This document shows positions 48,474 to 62,100 of a stretch of 64,000 nt of DNA, piece by piece; positions within the stretch are counted from its first letter, which is position 1, and each line of letters opens with the position of its first letter. The DNA is taken from NCBI GenBank assembly GCA_002269645.1, contig NIVC01002019.1, forward strand, positions 1 through 64,000, read 5' to 3'. Source of the stretch: Macrostomum lignano. Taxonomy: Eukaryota. Under the pieces are notes generated by a model. It had not been told where the DNA came from and did no database searches. It saw nothing but the letters and a program-made list of their open reading frames with translations. The translations under genes and the position numbers were made by a program.

Positions 48474-51288
48474 TACTATAGTTCGGATGGTGCAGCATGG
48501 TACGCCTAAAAATGCCAAAAATGCCACTTTTACATCGAAAAAATTGCGATAAAAGGCTAGGCCTAAAGGCTTGTACGGATAGTATAGAACAAAATGCCAG
48601 TCAAATAAAATATCAAAGAAACCCTTTTTTAATTTTTTAAAAACTTTAAAAACAAAAAACTTTTGTATCACATTTTAGATAAAGCAAAAACATTGTTACC
48701 AGCAATTTTTCGATTATAAAACAATTTTTCAAATTTTATATATCTTAAAAGTGACTTTTAAAATTGTAAATAAAAATGAAATATTTTGAAACTCTTCTTC
48801 TTGGGGTCTTTTCATATTGCTTGTTCTGGTTTCAGAACCAGAACCAATTTGTGAAGTATAACTTTTTGTCTTCATAACTAGAGGGAGATACGTGCTATAA
48901 AGTTTTTATTATTGAATGACAATCGCCAAGAAAAAAGTGAAAAATTGTGCTTAGTTAGGTTGTTAAGGCAGTCAAATATTAACAGAGTTTAATAGTTATA
49001 CTGCTGTTTTTTCTTGGAATTCCGAACCGATTCTGGTTCTGGAATTGGTAATATGAAAAGGCCATTGAATTGCATTGTCGTCGTCATCAGATTATTGTCG
49101 TGCCACTGTTTCATGGCTTGTTTTTATCTTTGCCACAAGACACAGTCTTGCCACATGATTTGCAAGTGGTAGTCAGAAAGTCTTGGGAAATTGTAAAATA
49201 GTCCCTAATTGCTGCACCTATCTGAGATGCCATTTTGCACCACAAATCACAATATATGACAATATACTAAATTAGGTTTCTATTTCAAAATTTCAATTAG
49301 GATTTTGCAACTGGTACTAATAGGTATTAGGAAAGCCAGATGGTATTTCATAAGGAAACTATTAACTTTTTTATATGAGCCTATTATATTGCTTTCTGGC
49401 TTATAGTTTTCAATCAATATAAAGCTATGCATAAGACTAGGCTATTTGGTATTTGGGGGTTGCCAACTTGGGGGTTTGGAGTCAAATAATGAAAGGAAAG
49501 AGTGATAAGTAGAGCCCACAAGTTTAGATGACAAGGCAAACCCATAAAACTCCATTGCAAAAGAGAAAGAAAGAGAGAAGGGGTTTAAAGTGGCAAACAT
49601 TGAGGGACTGGGGGAAAGAAGAGGGGTTGGTTAAAGTGACAAACATAGAAGGAAGGGGGAGGAGTTGAATGGGGGCATATTTAGATTTGCCTCTTGGTTT
49701 TTTATATTAAGTTTATGGGCTTATTATCAATTTGTATAGATTCACTAATTGTTACTTTGGTATGTCTAGTATCTTGTCCATGCCCTAGCAGTGCCTAGTC
49801 TAGACTCTAGTAGGCCTATTAACGTGATAAATCTCTGACCCACCTTCCAAGTTGTTACTTTCTTACCCTGTTTTGACTAAGTCACTGTAGATTGCAATGA
49901 TTGCATTTAATTCAAGCATTCATCTAACCCAATAATGCAATTAGGATATAGGCCTACCCAAACCTTTTATAGAAAGTGCAACATTTGGGGGTTGCCGGTT
50001 GCCAACTTGGACTAGCAAGTTGGACTGCCATTAGCATAGCAAATGGTTCTAACAAATATTTATAATAAAATGAGCCTAAAATTTTGGGTATCAATGCATC
50101 AAAAACTATAATACTCAAAATTGAAACTATAGGCCTACCTGAGAATTTGCAATGAAAATGTCCAAAATGTTAGGTACTCAAAATTCTAGCCAAAAATTTA
50201 GGCAAAATCTCTAATCTCTAGATACTTATTTTATTTTATGCATGTTGCTTCTATTATGTTTGCTATGACTCTTCTTTATATCTGACATGCCTGATGTCTG
50301 ATGCTTCTTTTAGTCTGACATGGCACTTCTTTTGATATGTTTTATAATGTTTTTTTATTTTTGACATAATGTTACTTTTATTTTTTACTAGAGGTTGGAC
50401 AAATACCTTTATTTACACATGCATGAAATTTTGTGATTTTATTTTTGTCAGACATGATGCACTAAGTTACATTATTGAATAAATTGCTTATTGGGCTAGA
50501 ATTCTACTTTTTGGCTGTCTAAAATTGTTAAAAAAGGGGTTTAGCATATATAAGGCCAGATAGATAAACAGATAGCCTTAACTCAGATCTTAGAGATTTA
50601 GTACCTTGTGAATAGGTCTTATAGTTACTAATTGAGTTCTTAAATATCTTTAAAATATCTTAAAATTTTTGAATAAATATTTTTGTTTTATCCTAATTTT
50701 TTATCTCAAATGAAAAATATTTTATTAGCAAATTCTTGCCTGATTTATTTTTATTTCTACTAATTTTTATTGTTTACCATGTTGTTAATATTGAAGAACT
50801 AACTATTCCTATATATTAAAAATGAGTTTTCTCTATGTCTTTAGGTATGTTATAGGTTTAGGGATTCCAAAATCCCAACAATTTACAATCCCAGGATTGA
50901 GAAATCCTGAAATCTTGATAGTTTAAAATCCTGGATCAATAATCCCAGAAAATCCCAACTGAGAATAATCCTGGGATCCCACTTCAAAGTTCAAAAAAAT
51001 CCTGGGATCCCAATATCAAATGTATTGAAACATCTGCATCCAGCTTCCACCACAACCACAAAGTAAGTAAAATAGTTAAAATTTTACTTATTAGTTTTAA
51101 AGCGTGAATTAATAAAAGATTAAAGGATTAAAGTAAATCAAGCATGATTTATTTATCAACCCTACAATATCTTACAGAATCCTTAGAATGAAGAATCATT
51201 AGATCATTCTGTATCTTTCTGTATATTTCAGTATCATTTGTTAATGACTCGTATTCTGTTGTAGCAGTTCAGAAATTTATCATTTCAG

Positions 51289-52600
51289 TTATCGTGATTT
51301 TTGGAAATGAGACAGAAGCATGCACAGCTTTGATAAGGTCTCATCACCTAGGCGAGAACAAATCCGAGTCATCAAAATGGCAGTGGCAGAAAATGCCCTT
51401 TCTGCTTCAACACTAGTTGGTGCAATGGACAAAAGGGCACAGTTTAGCGTCATCAGCAGCTTGCCCAATTGGCCAGTAGATCGCATAAATTCTATTTTGC
51501 ATCCAACTACACGTTCCACTTTACATTCTCGTCCTGCAGCATCAGAACAGTTGCTGTCGCTGTCTGTCTCCAGCTTGTCCAACTCAGCATTGAGTCGCTC
51601 CGCCATTGTTAAGTTGTTGGACACTTCCTGTAGAGCCCGAGGCTGAGAGCCATTACTGTCACTGTACAAGAAAAAATAGAATTGAATTATATAACTATCA
51701 AATATTAAAAGTTGTGTATTTACACAATTTGATTACCTGAAGGCAGAAGTTCCTTGTGCTTCAGCAGCAAAGGTTGTGGCAGTGGATACTAGATCAAGGT
51801 TCTTAGCAATGGAGATTAGCATGGATTTTGCGGCATTAAATTCGGAATTACTATTGGCGACGTAGCCTTTGCGCTTCAGAAACTGTAGAGCCAATAAGGT
51901 GCCACCCTGCCATTGAATAAAACGCTTTTCTAAAGCATTCAGTAAATCATTGGCAAGTCTGCTTCTCTGAGATTGAAGCTCTTTAATAGCAAAGTTGAAT
52001 GCAGCTCCAGCTTTGAGTAAATTATAACTATGGCTTGACAGCATAGTAACAATAAGACTTAGAGGCTGAAGTGCAGTGCACAGATCTCGAAGCTGCTCCA
52101 GATCTTCTAGTTTAAGTGGTGACTCTAATCCAAGATGAAGCATAGCACTGTGCATGGACGCCTCCAACAGAAGAAAAATGCTGCACCATGTCAAGGAGCA
52201 AATTCCAATGTGTTTTGACATAAACAATAAGCTTAAGTTCCTTGCCATGCTGAGCCCACACAAAGCTCTGGAGAGTGTCATTTCGCGTGGGGCTATGGTG
52301 AAAGATAAGAATCACTTCTCGATGATGATTAAATGACACTCTAATATCGCTGCTGAATTTGATTTCCTTGGTATCATGGTCATTTACTGACCATTCAATA
52401 TTGTCCTCTCTCTTCATCTTTGTCGTTGGACTGACGCCTGCTCAACAACATCTGGCTCAGTGGTCTCAGGTAGTTTTTGATTGTAGATTACGTCCAATAT
52501 AGCAAGATGGATACCATGGGCGTGGCACTGTTGGTGCTCAATTTTCAGTAGCCTGGTCAGTTTCACCATGACCAAAGCACCATCTGTGGTACACGCTATT
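51289..52600 (-). pseudogene. hAT transposase remnants (multi-exon, with stops and frameshifts)
   Basis: TTDGALVM, CHAHGIHLAILDV, KTHWNLLLDM and the dimerisation motif IAPTSVEAERAFS...RLGDETL, in the expected order. Confidence 0.8.
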
Positions 52601-52831
52601 AAATTTAATTATGTTAGTATAATAATTTATGTTAGCTTAGCACTTCACTTTAAAATTTACTTTAATTTAAAGTTAAAATTAAAATAGGAGTGCAAAACAT
52701 TATTACAGAATTTGATGCCATGGTACACTGAAATATTTGCATTTAAGCATAAACAGGAGGGATATTAAATCAAAAAGTGCTAGCTGGTCTAGGATTCTAA
52801 TCAATAAGATAAGCAATTTAAAAGTGTCTTG

Positions 52832-53129
52832 CCTGATTGCAGCGCATGGGCATTTTGGCGGACGGCGTCCGGCGCGGATCAGCCTGCACGGCGTAGCATT
52901 GGTGGTAGACCAGGGGTAAGTCGCAAAAATGCCACCCCATAGAATACGTGCGTAGTACTAATTAGATGCCGAGGCATTTAGGCTTGATAAGACAGTCATA
53001 GTTACTCCTGCCGTTTACCTAAAACTGCGTTAATTTTGCTTTAGGGTTTCTTTCACAGGTAAGTCATTTCACAGCGTGGCGCAGGTTGTGTAGGCGTCTG
53101 GCGTACTTAAGCCATGCGCTGCAATAGGG
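52832..53129. mobile_element. MITE nested in the hAT element
   Basis: TIR CCTGATTGCAGCGCATGG / CCATGCGCTGCAATAGGG with 8-bp TSD GTGTCTTG (52824-52831, 53130-53137). Confidence 0.8.
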
Positions 53130-55544
53130 GTGTCTTGGCCCTCTTGGGACTAAGTTTTTTTTTAAGACAAAGTAATGAACCTAGAGTACTAGGTAGACCT
53201 CAGATGATTACAAGTTACAGTTACAACCATAGTCATACCTCCATAAATACTACATTACTTACTGCTAGTATAGTAAGCAAGCTAGGCCTACTATATCTAG
53301 AAGTATATAAGTAAATACAGTGAGTAATAATAATAAATAATTTTGTAACAATTTTATAATAATAATATTATTTATAATTATGATATTTATAATGATAGCT
53401 AATGGTCCAAACTAGTATATTTACGCAATAAACTTCTCTTTGCTTAGTTATTATACAAGTAGAAATAGAAGATTGTTTGATAATAATAAATAATATTTAT
53501 CCATAAAAGATAATTGATAATAATTGATTACAACAAAAATAACTTGTTTTAATATAGGTTATATAGCTAGCTATACAATATCAATGTAAATTATCAAAGT
53601 GAATGTCATGTTTAATGCCACATTACAGTGTTAGACATCATGCAAGACGCAACTCACAAACATGTGAAAATAAATTACACCTTACAAAACAAAAAAAAAT
53701 AAATTTCTGCTTGACAAACTGCTCTAACAAATTTTGCTGCTTTTTTATGTGTGATTTCGATACAGACATGCAGACTGCAGTTGTATTATTTCATATTTTT
53801 TAAAGTTGAACCTTTTTTTTCAAATTTTACATGATTATTTTAGTTGAAACAAGAAAATTAAAATCAGTTTGAATCCCAAAACAATCCTGTGATTTAAGCC
53901 TTACAATCCTGGGATCCTAATCCCACACTGTTGTAATCCCAAAGATCATAAATCCCGAAATTTCAAGTCCCAAAATATCCTGGGATTGAAATCCCGTGTT
54001 TTGAGGCTAAATCCTGCTATCCCCGGATCCCAGGATTGGAATGCCTATATAGGTTTTAAAAAGAATGACTTTATAAAGGTTTTAGAAAGAGTTCAATTTT
54101 CTTCAAACTTGGGCCATTTGATCAGAAATGTTTACTGTTTTTACTATGTTAATATTGGTAAATATTTTTGTTAGGTTCAATTATCTATAGTTCTGCATAT
54201 ATAGGTATTAAGTTGTATAGAAATATGATTAAGAATAAAATTATTTATTAAGTTATAAAAATTTAGACAATAAAAATTAATTTTTTAAAAGTTTTTTAAC
54301 AAGGTAATTTAACTAAACTATAGTAAATACTTTCAAATATATGGTTGCAATAACTAAGTAGTTTAAATAAAAATAAAGGCCAGATGTCTACTTGCTTACT
54401 TTGCTTAGTTTTATAAGTAGTTTGAAAGTTTTAATACAATTTGCTATTAAGATTACAAAAACAATAATGATTGTTTCAAAAGAAAGATGTTTCAATCTAC
54501 TGTCACAAACTAAACTAGAAGCCAACCCTCTAGCTTGGAAGGGCCTATGCAGCATCATTTTGGTTAATGTGATTTTGATGTCACTCATTAAAAAATGAGG
54601 TGAATTCAGTTGAAGTGAAAGACAGATTCTCATCACTAAATTATTCTTTCAAATATGCTACAATGAGTAGAATGAGTCCTGATGGCACTGAATATTAATA
54701 ATATTCAAATGATTGCACCATTATATGCTGCAAATTTCTCAATCCAGTTTAGTACCCTATCAGCCTACTTACAGTAGCATATACTGAGCCTATATGGACG
54801 CATAGATTTTAATATACATGTTATGCTAAATGATATGTTGGTCAACTAGCTATAATGATTTGTATAGCATCGTCACTGTTGTATTCACTGTTTTTTAAAC
54901 TTTGTTTCGTTTTTTGGGACTCATTGAAAAGCATGCAGTGGATATTTTAGTTGGATTTCAGTTTTTACAGCTTTTTGAATGAATCACTAGTTGCTACGTT
55001 GCTGGCACCAATTCTTTCTCTTGCGGTGGTGCGGTCCTAGTATCAGATTTCTTTATATTCAATCTGTTTGGCAACGTTCTCTTCGTCTCGTGTGTTTTTC
55101 TAATTCTCACCTTCCGCTGCTCCTTTTTCAGTTGGCGTTAATTATGCTAATTGATGGTGTTGTGGAGCTTTGACCGCAGTGACCTGTTCTGTTCTTGCGC
55201 CTGTGAGTGCGTGTGTGTAGGCGGATGCAGGCTTAGCCAGCTGCTTTTTGTTTTGTTTCACTTCTAATCCGCGTGCTTGTTGCGCTTGCACTTTCAGTTG
55301 CTTTTCTCTCTTTTTAAACATCCTCTTTATTAAGTGATTGTAGCCTTAAGTGAAAGTGAAAAGATGTCTATTTGATGTTTTTTGTCGGCATTTATCATGC
55401 GTCAAGATTGGGTTTCAGTTCACCTATCTAGATCGCTTGTGACTGTAAAATAAGGCGCTGATTAACGCGTTAATTAATTATCTAGGCTAGTTTTACCAAA
55501 GTGTTACGAAGCAACCAGTGTTAATGTCCTTAAATGTTAGTGTT

Positions 55545-56130
55545 ACAGCCAAACTCCCAGATCCCCAGTTGCAGCCAAACTCCCAGATCCCCAGTTGCAG
55601 CCAAACTCCCAGATCCCCAGTTGCAGCCAAACTCCCAGATCCCCAGTTGCAGCCAAACTCCCAGATCCCCAGTTGCAGCCAAACTCCCAGATCATCAGTT
55701 GTTACAGCCAAACTCCCAGATCCTCAGTTGTTACAGCCAAGCTCCCAGATCCTCAGTTGTTTTAGCCAAACTCCCAGATCCTCAGTTGTTTTAGCCAAAC
55801 TCCCAGATCCTCAGTTGTTTTAGCCAAACTCCCAGATCCTCAGTTGTTACAGCCAAACTCCCAGATCCTCAGTTGTTACAGCCAAACTGCCAGATCCTCA
55901 GTTGTTTTAGCCAAACTGCCAGATCCTCAGTTGTTACAGCCAAACTGCCAGATCCTCAGTTGTTACAGCCAAACTCCCAGATCCTCAGTTGTTACAGCCA
56001 AACTGCCAGATCCTCAGTTGTTACAGCCAAACTCCCAGATCCTCAGTTGTTACAGCCAAACTGCCAGATCCTCAGGTGTTACAGCCAAACTGCCAGATCC
56101 TCAGGTGTTACAGCCAAACTTCCAGATCCT
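55545..56130. repeat. Tandem array, 26/29-bp unit CAGCCAAACTCCCAGATCCTCAGTTG(TTA), upstream of the INTS7 ATG
   Basis: Direct reading. Confidence 0.96.
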
Positions 56131-56199
56131 CAGTTATATGTGGTTAATGTATATTGTGCATAACGTCTATATTTCAGCGTACAGTGAGTAGCTGGCCGC

Positions 56200-59100
56200 A
56201 TGGCGCTGGTACTAGAGTCTGAGAAGGACGCCAACTACCTGATTAACGAGATCAACAACGGTCTCCGATCGAACGTGCCCGCCGAGCAGAGCCAGGCTCT
56301 ATTAAAATTCCCAATCCTAGTGCACAGGTATCCATTCCCTGTAGTGATCAATGCAATCTTTTCTAAGATTGTCGATCTATTCCGTGATGGTAGCAATTTT
56401 CAACGTCTGTCTATTCTATACGTGTGCCAGCAGTGCGCCCAACACCTGGACAGTAGCAAGGTGCGCAATAGCGATTACGTCATCAAGATAGTGCTAGGAG
56501 TGTGCCATTCAAACGATCCGTCAGCTAGAGCTCTGGCCGTTCGTCTGTTAGCCAGCCTGCCAGGCCTCACTGCAGACAACTGCTCTGTGCACAGCGCCGT
56601 CTGCTCCGCGCTCGACTCTCACTGGCCAGTTGAACTCGAAGCCGCCGTCTGGGCTACCCATCGTTTGGCGCCGCTATCGCCGGCGCTAAGCCGCGGCGCC
56701 GCTGACCGGCTATTAGCCTCGGTTGGCGATCTGCGCGTCGACCCGCGAACTAAACTCGCCCTGTACGCCGCCTGCTGCAGCCTCGGCCGGGCTGGCGGGG
56801 ACGCCATTGGCCTGCTGTTGGACCGGCTTCGGGGCGAGCTGGTTGACTGTCCGGCTACTGAGGCTCAGTCTGTGCTGCTCCGCGTGCTCACCAGACTGTC
56901 GCTGATGTCACCTGCTAGCCTGCCAGCCACCCTGCAGCTGCACTGCCGCCGACTACTGTCCGGCAAGCTGCCCGACGTTGAAAACAGTGAAGCCAACGAT
57001 GGCGACGACCGTGGGGACTCAGGGGGCGAGACTCGGCCTCGCCTTCGCCGAATCCTGCTAGCCAACCTGCTCGCCATGGCCGGTCCAGCCGCGGCGCACC
57101 ACTGGACTCTGGCCGAGGTTTGCCGGCTTGTTCGTTTCATTGAGGCTGCGACGGCAACGGCTGCTGCGTCGTCGGCTACGCCAGCTGGCGCCGAGGATGC
57201 GTTGGTTGTCGATGACGGCCTGCAGGTAGCCGGCGCTTTGGCTTACGGAGACGCCTACCGCCTGCTGCTGGAGGCCGGACTGCTGCCTCTGCTGCGCCGG
57301 ATTGTCTACGCTGATTCGGCTGATGGCGTCGGCATCGGTGTCGCCCTAGCGCTGGACGTCGCCGTCCGCATTGCCGTAGCAAACGGAGACGCCGATTTAG
57401 CTGAAGAGCTGGCGGCTCTGCTAGCGGATCGATTGCCTCGTTCGGTTGCCGCCGCTGTCGAGCCGGCGCTCAATCGGTTGCTAGGCGCCTGGCACTCGTT
57501 GCTAGGCAGATTTCCTCACCTAGGCGACGTGTTGTTTACGCCTGATTTGTTAGCCGACTTGCTGAATGCCGGCGGCGGCGACGCTCAGCGGCATCTGGGG
57601 ATACGCGCTGTCCGGTGCCTCGCAAGCCTGACTGTCCGGTGCCGGCCGGGTATCGACTGTGCCGATTGGCTGGCCGGCTGGCTGAGCAAGCGCCAAGATG
57701 GCGCCTCCGCCGAGCAAATCGAGGCCGCCTGCGCGCTCCTGTTCAAGACCGACTGTTGCAGGGTGGGGCGTCCATTGCCTAGTCAGGATGCCGCCGTGTT
57801 GAGCTCGCTGGGAGGGCTTAATAACTGGCAGGTAATTGACCGATATGTTGTAAATTCATTTTTGCTATAATAAACTTAGTAGCTGGAGATCTTTCGCATT
57901 TAATTTACAATTTTAGAGGTAGCAAATTTATGGGTTTAATAAAGTTTGGAAGATTCGGTATTGGAAGTTTCGGGATTGGGAAGATTCAGGATTGGAAGTT
58001 TCGGGATTGGGAGGATTCAGGATAGGGAAGATTCGAAATTGGAAGTTTCGGGATTGGAAGTTTCGGGACTGGGAAGATTCAGGATAGGGAAGTTTCGGGA
58101 TTGGGAGATTCGGGATTGGAAGCTTCGAGATTGGGAAGATTCAGGATAGGGAAGATTCGAGATTGGAAGTTTCGGGATTAGGAAGATTCAGGATAGGGAA
58201 GATTCGAGATTGGAAGTTTCGGGATTGGGAAGATTCAGGATAGGGAAGATTCGAGATTGGAAGTTTCGGGATTGGGAAGATTCAGGATAGGGAAGATTCG
58301 AGATTGGAAGTTTCGGGATTAGGAGATTCGGGATTGGAAGTTTCGGGATTGGGAAGATTCAGGATAGGGAAGATTCGAGATTGGAAGTTTCGGGATTGGG
58401 AAGATTCGGGGCTGGGAAATTTCGGGGTAGAAAGATTTATTCAGGATGGGGAAGTTTTGGGTTGGGAAAGTTTTGGGATTGGGATTTTCAAGATTGACAG
58501 GTTTGATGATTAAAGAACAAGGAAATTTCTAATGCGTTTAGGCATCCTAATAATTAACCATAAGAATGTTTTTTAACTCTCATTCCGCTCAGGCCTACCG
58601 CATCGCCCGGGCCGCCAGCAAGCACGGCCGCTTAGGCCTGGCCGGCCAGATCTTTGACCAGCTGGTCAACAGCGCCCAGGAGCGGCCCGCTTTCTGGTTG
58701 CGCGGCCTCGCTCTACTCTGCCAGGCCGAGGCTAACGGCAGCGCCGGCTTCCAGGACGTCAACGAGGAGGATCCGTTGGCTCGACTGGACGAATGGTGCG
58801 AGCGACTGCGCGAGGCCCTGGCTAGCTTTGTGTCGGCTAACGGCACTGGCGGCGACCCTGGCGCTCTCTGGTTCCCCGTTGCTTTTGCCGGTTCGTGTCT
58901 GTCAACTGCTGTCATAAAATTCTTCAATAAGCTACCAATAATGCCTTGAAATCTCTTATAACCTACCAATAATAAGCTGCCCTAAAGTCCTCTACAATCT
59001 ATTCTAAAGTTTCTGTAAGTCGCCCTGACAATCTCTGATAATCCGCCCTGACAATCTCTGATAATCCGCCCTGGCAATCTCTGATAATCCGCCCTGACAA

Positions 59101-62100
59101 TTTCTGATAATCCGACCTTAAAATCTCTGATAATCCGCCCTGACAATCTCTGATAATCCGCCCTGACAATCTCTGATAATCCGCCCTGACAATCTCTGAT
59201 AATCCGCCCTGACAATCTCTGATAATCCGCCCTGACAATCTCTGATAATCCGCCCTGACAATCTCTGATAATCCGCCCTGGCAATCTCTGATAATCCGCC
59301 CTGTCAATCTCTGATAATCCGCCCTGACAATCTCTGATATTCCGACCTGACAATCTCTGATAATCCGCCCTGGCAATCTCTGATAATCCGCCCTGACAAT
59401 CTCTGATAATCCGCCCTGTCAATCTCTGATAATCCGCCCTGACAATCTCTGATATTCCGACTTGACAATCTCTGATAATCCGCCCTGACAATCTCTGATA
59501 TTCCGACCTGACAATCTCTGATAATCTGCCCTGAATAATCGAGCCTCCTCCCCAACCTTTAAATCCAGGCCGCCGCTTCCACTTCGTCGCCGCCTGCCAG
59601 TCGTTCGCCACGCTTGCCTATCAGCTGCAGCCGGGCCGTCTGGCCGCTGTACAACTCGCCGCCGCCGCCGACGAAGCTGACGCCGAGGCGGCCGCAGCTC
59701 GCCGCCTACGAGCCGCCTGCGTGGACGCTGATCCTGGCAGCCTGGCGCAGGTGGACTGCCTGGCCTGGCAGATGACCGCGTTGGCCTCGCTAATGCGGGC
59801 TCTGGCCGCTTACGATGCCGCAACGGATAATCCGCCTCCGCCGCTGCCGCTGATCATCCCGACACCGTCGGCTTCGCCAACTGAAGATGCCGATAAAGAC
59901 GATCCGATGCTTGATGACGCAGATGCAGGCTCAGCGGAGTCTGCTGGTCAAGTTGCTTGGCAACGATCTCAGCTGCCGTACGCGTGCGCTACTCAGTGCC
60001 AGCTGATGCAGAGCATTGTTGACACCTGCTGGGATCGGTGAGTGTTGCTGTTATTTTCTATCGAATCTCTGGCTATGCTATACAGTATGCGCCTTGGTTC
60101 TAGGGTTTAAAAGTACAAGTGGTCAGTTTTATTAATTAAAAGATCAACTCCAACCTTTCAGTCTTATTCTATTAGCTGTTACTATGCGGGTATGTTAGTA
60201 TTGAGCATATTAAAGAACTTTAAACCCGTCTGGCACAGCCGTCAGCAGAAACCAACTAGGGCATATATACGTATATGTCTGTTTTCAGAGCGATTTCATT
60301 TTCTAGATTAGCAACAGGAGGTTAGCAACCGTGCTAGCTGATAACAAGTAGCGTGCGAAAGTGAGATTTTGCACGCGTTCTTTACCAACATAGATTTATT
60401 TTTGTTGCTAAAGTTTGTCTGTGTTAAAAATCTCAGTTCTATGTTGATTTGTCAACATAAATGGAATAGGTATGCAAAAACATTGTGTCATGCTGTACGC
60501 TTATTATTCCACGCTTAGGAATCATTATTTTAGGCTTCTAAAAATACATTCATGAGACAATGTGTTTGTGTATATGGTTTTGTCATAGACAATGATAAAT
60601 TTTAGTCACTCGTGGCTTCGCCACTCGTTAAAAATTTATCATTGTCTACCTCCAAAACCATATACACAATCTATCATTATTGGGGGTACATAGGCCTGAT
60701 TAGCAGTCAATTCGGTATATAATTATCATACCATAGAGAATACGCTCGCATGTGTCAGATTAGCCAAATCTATAAGATCATTTAGTAATCCATAAGCTAG
60801 ATTAGCAATTCATGAGCTAGATTAGCAATCCATAAGCTAGATTAGCAATTCATGAGCTAGATTAGCAATCCATCAGCTAGACTAGCAATCCATAAGCTAG
60901 ATTAGCAATCCATAAGCTTGATTAGCAATCCATCAGCTAGATTAGCAATCCATAAGCTAGATTAGCAATCCATAAGCTAGATTAGCAATCCATAAGCTAG
61001 ATTAGCAATCCATAAGCTAGATTAGCAATCCATAAGCTAGATTAGCAATCCATAAGCTAGACTAGCAATCCATAAGCTAGATTAGCAATTCATGAGCTAG
61101 ATTAGCAATCCATCAGCTAGACTAGCAATCCATCAGCTAGATTAGCAATCCATAAGCTAGACTAGCAATCCATAAGCTAGACTAGCAATCCATAAGCTTG
61201 ATTAGCAATCCATAAGCTAGATTAGCAATCCATAATCTAGATTAGCAATCCATAAGCTAGATTAGCAATCCATAAGCTAGATTAGCAATCCATAAGCTAG
61301 ACTAGCAATCCATAAGCTAGATTAGCAATCCATGAGCTAGATTAGCAATCCATAAGCTAGACTAGCAATCCATGAGCTAGATTAGCAATCCATAAGCTAG
61401 ACTAGCAATCCATAAGCTAGATTAGCAATCCATAAGCTAGATTAGCAATCCAATAAGCTAGACTAGCAATCCATAAGCTAGATTAGCAATCCATAAGCTA
61501 GATTAGCAATCCAATAAGCTAGATTAGCAATGCATAAGCTAGATTAGCAATCCATAAGCTAGATTAGCAATCCATAAGCTAGATTAGCAATCCAATAAGC
61601 TAGATTAGCAATCCAATAAGCTAGATTAGCAATGCATAAGCTAGATTAGCAATCCATAAGCTAGATTAGCAATCCATAAGCTAGATTAGCTATCCATAAG
61701 CTTGATTAGCAATCCATAAGCTAGATTAGCAATCCATAAGCTAGATTAGCAATCCATAAGCTAGATTAGCAATCCAATAAGCTAGATTAGCAATCCATAA
61801 GCTAGATTAGCAATCCATAAGCTAGATTAGCAATCCAATAAGCTAGATTAGCAATCCATAAGCTAGATTAGCAATCCAATAAGCTAGATTAGCAATCCAT
61901 AAGCTAGATTAGCAATTCATGAGCTAGATTAGCAATCCATCAGCTAGACTAGCAATCCATAAGCTAGATTAGCAATCCATAAGCTAGATTAGCAATCCAT
62001 AAGCTAGATTAGCAATCCAATAAGCTAGATTAGCAATCCATAAGCTAGATTAGCAATCCATAAGCTAGATTAGCAATCCAATAAGCTAGATTAGCAATCC

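Larger units (their letters stand above)
50859..54047 (-). mobile_element. Decayed hAT DNA transposon
   Basis: 8-bp TSD TATAGGTT (50851-50858, 54048-54055). TIRs TAGGGATTCC / TAGGCATTCC. Dense ATCCC/GGGAT subterminal motifs at both ends. Transposase fragments on the minus strand. Confidence 0.88.
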
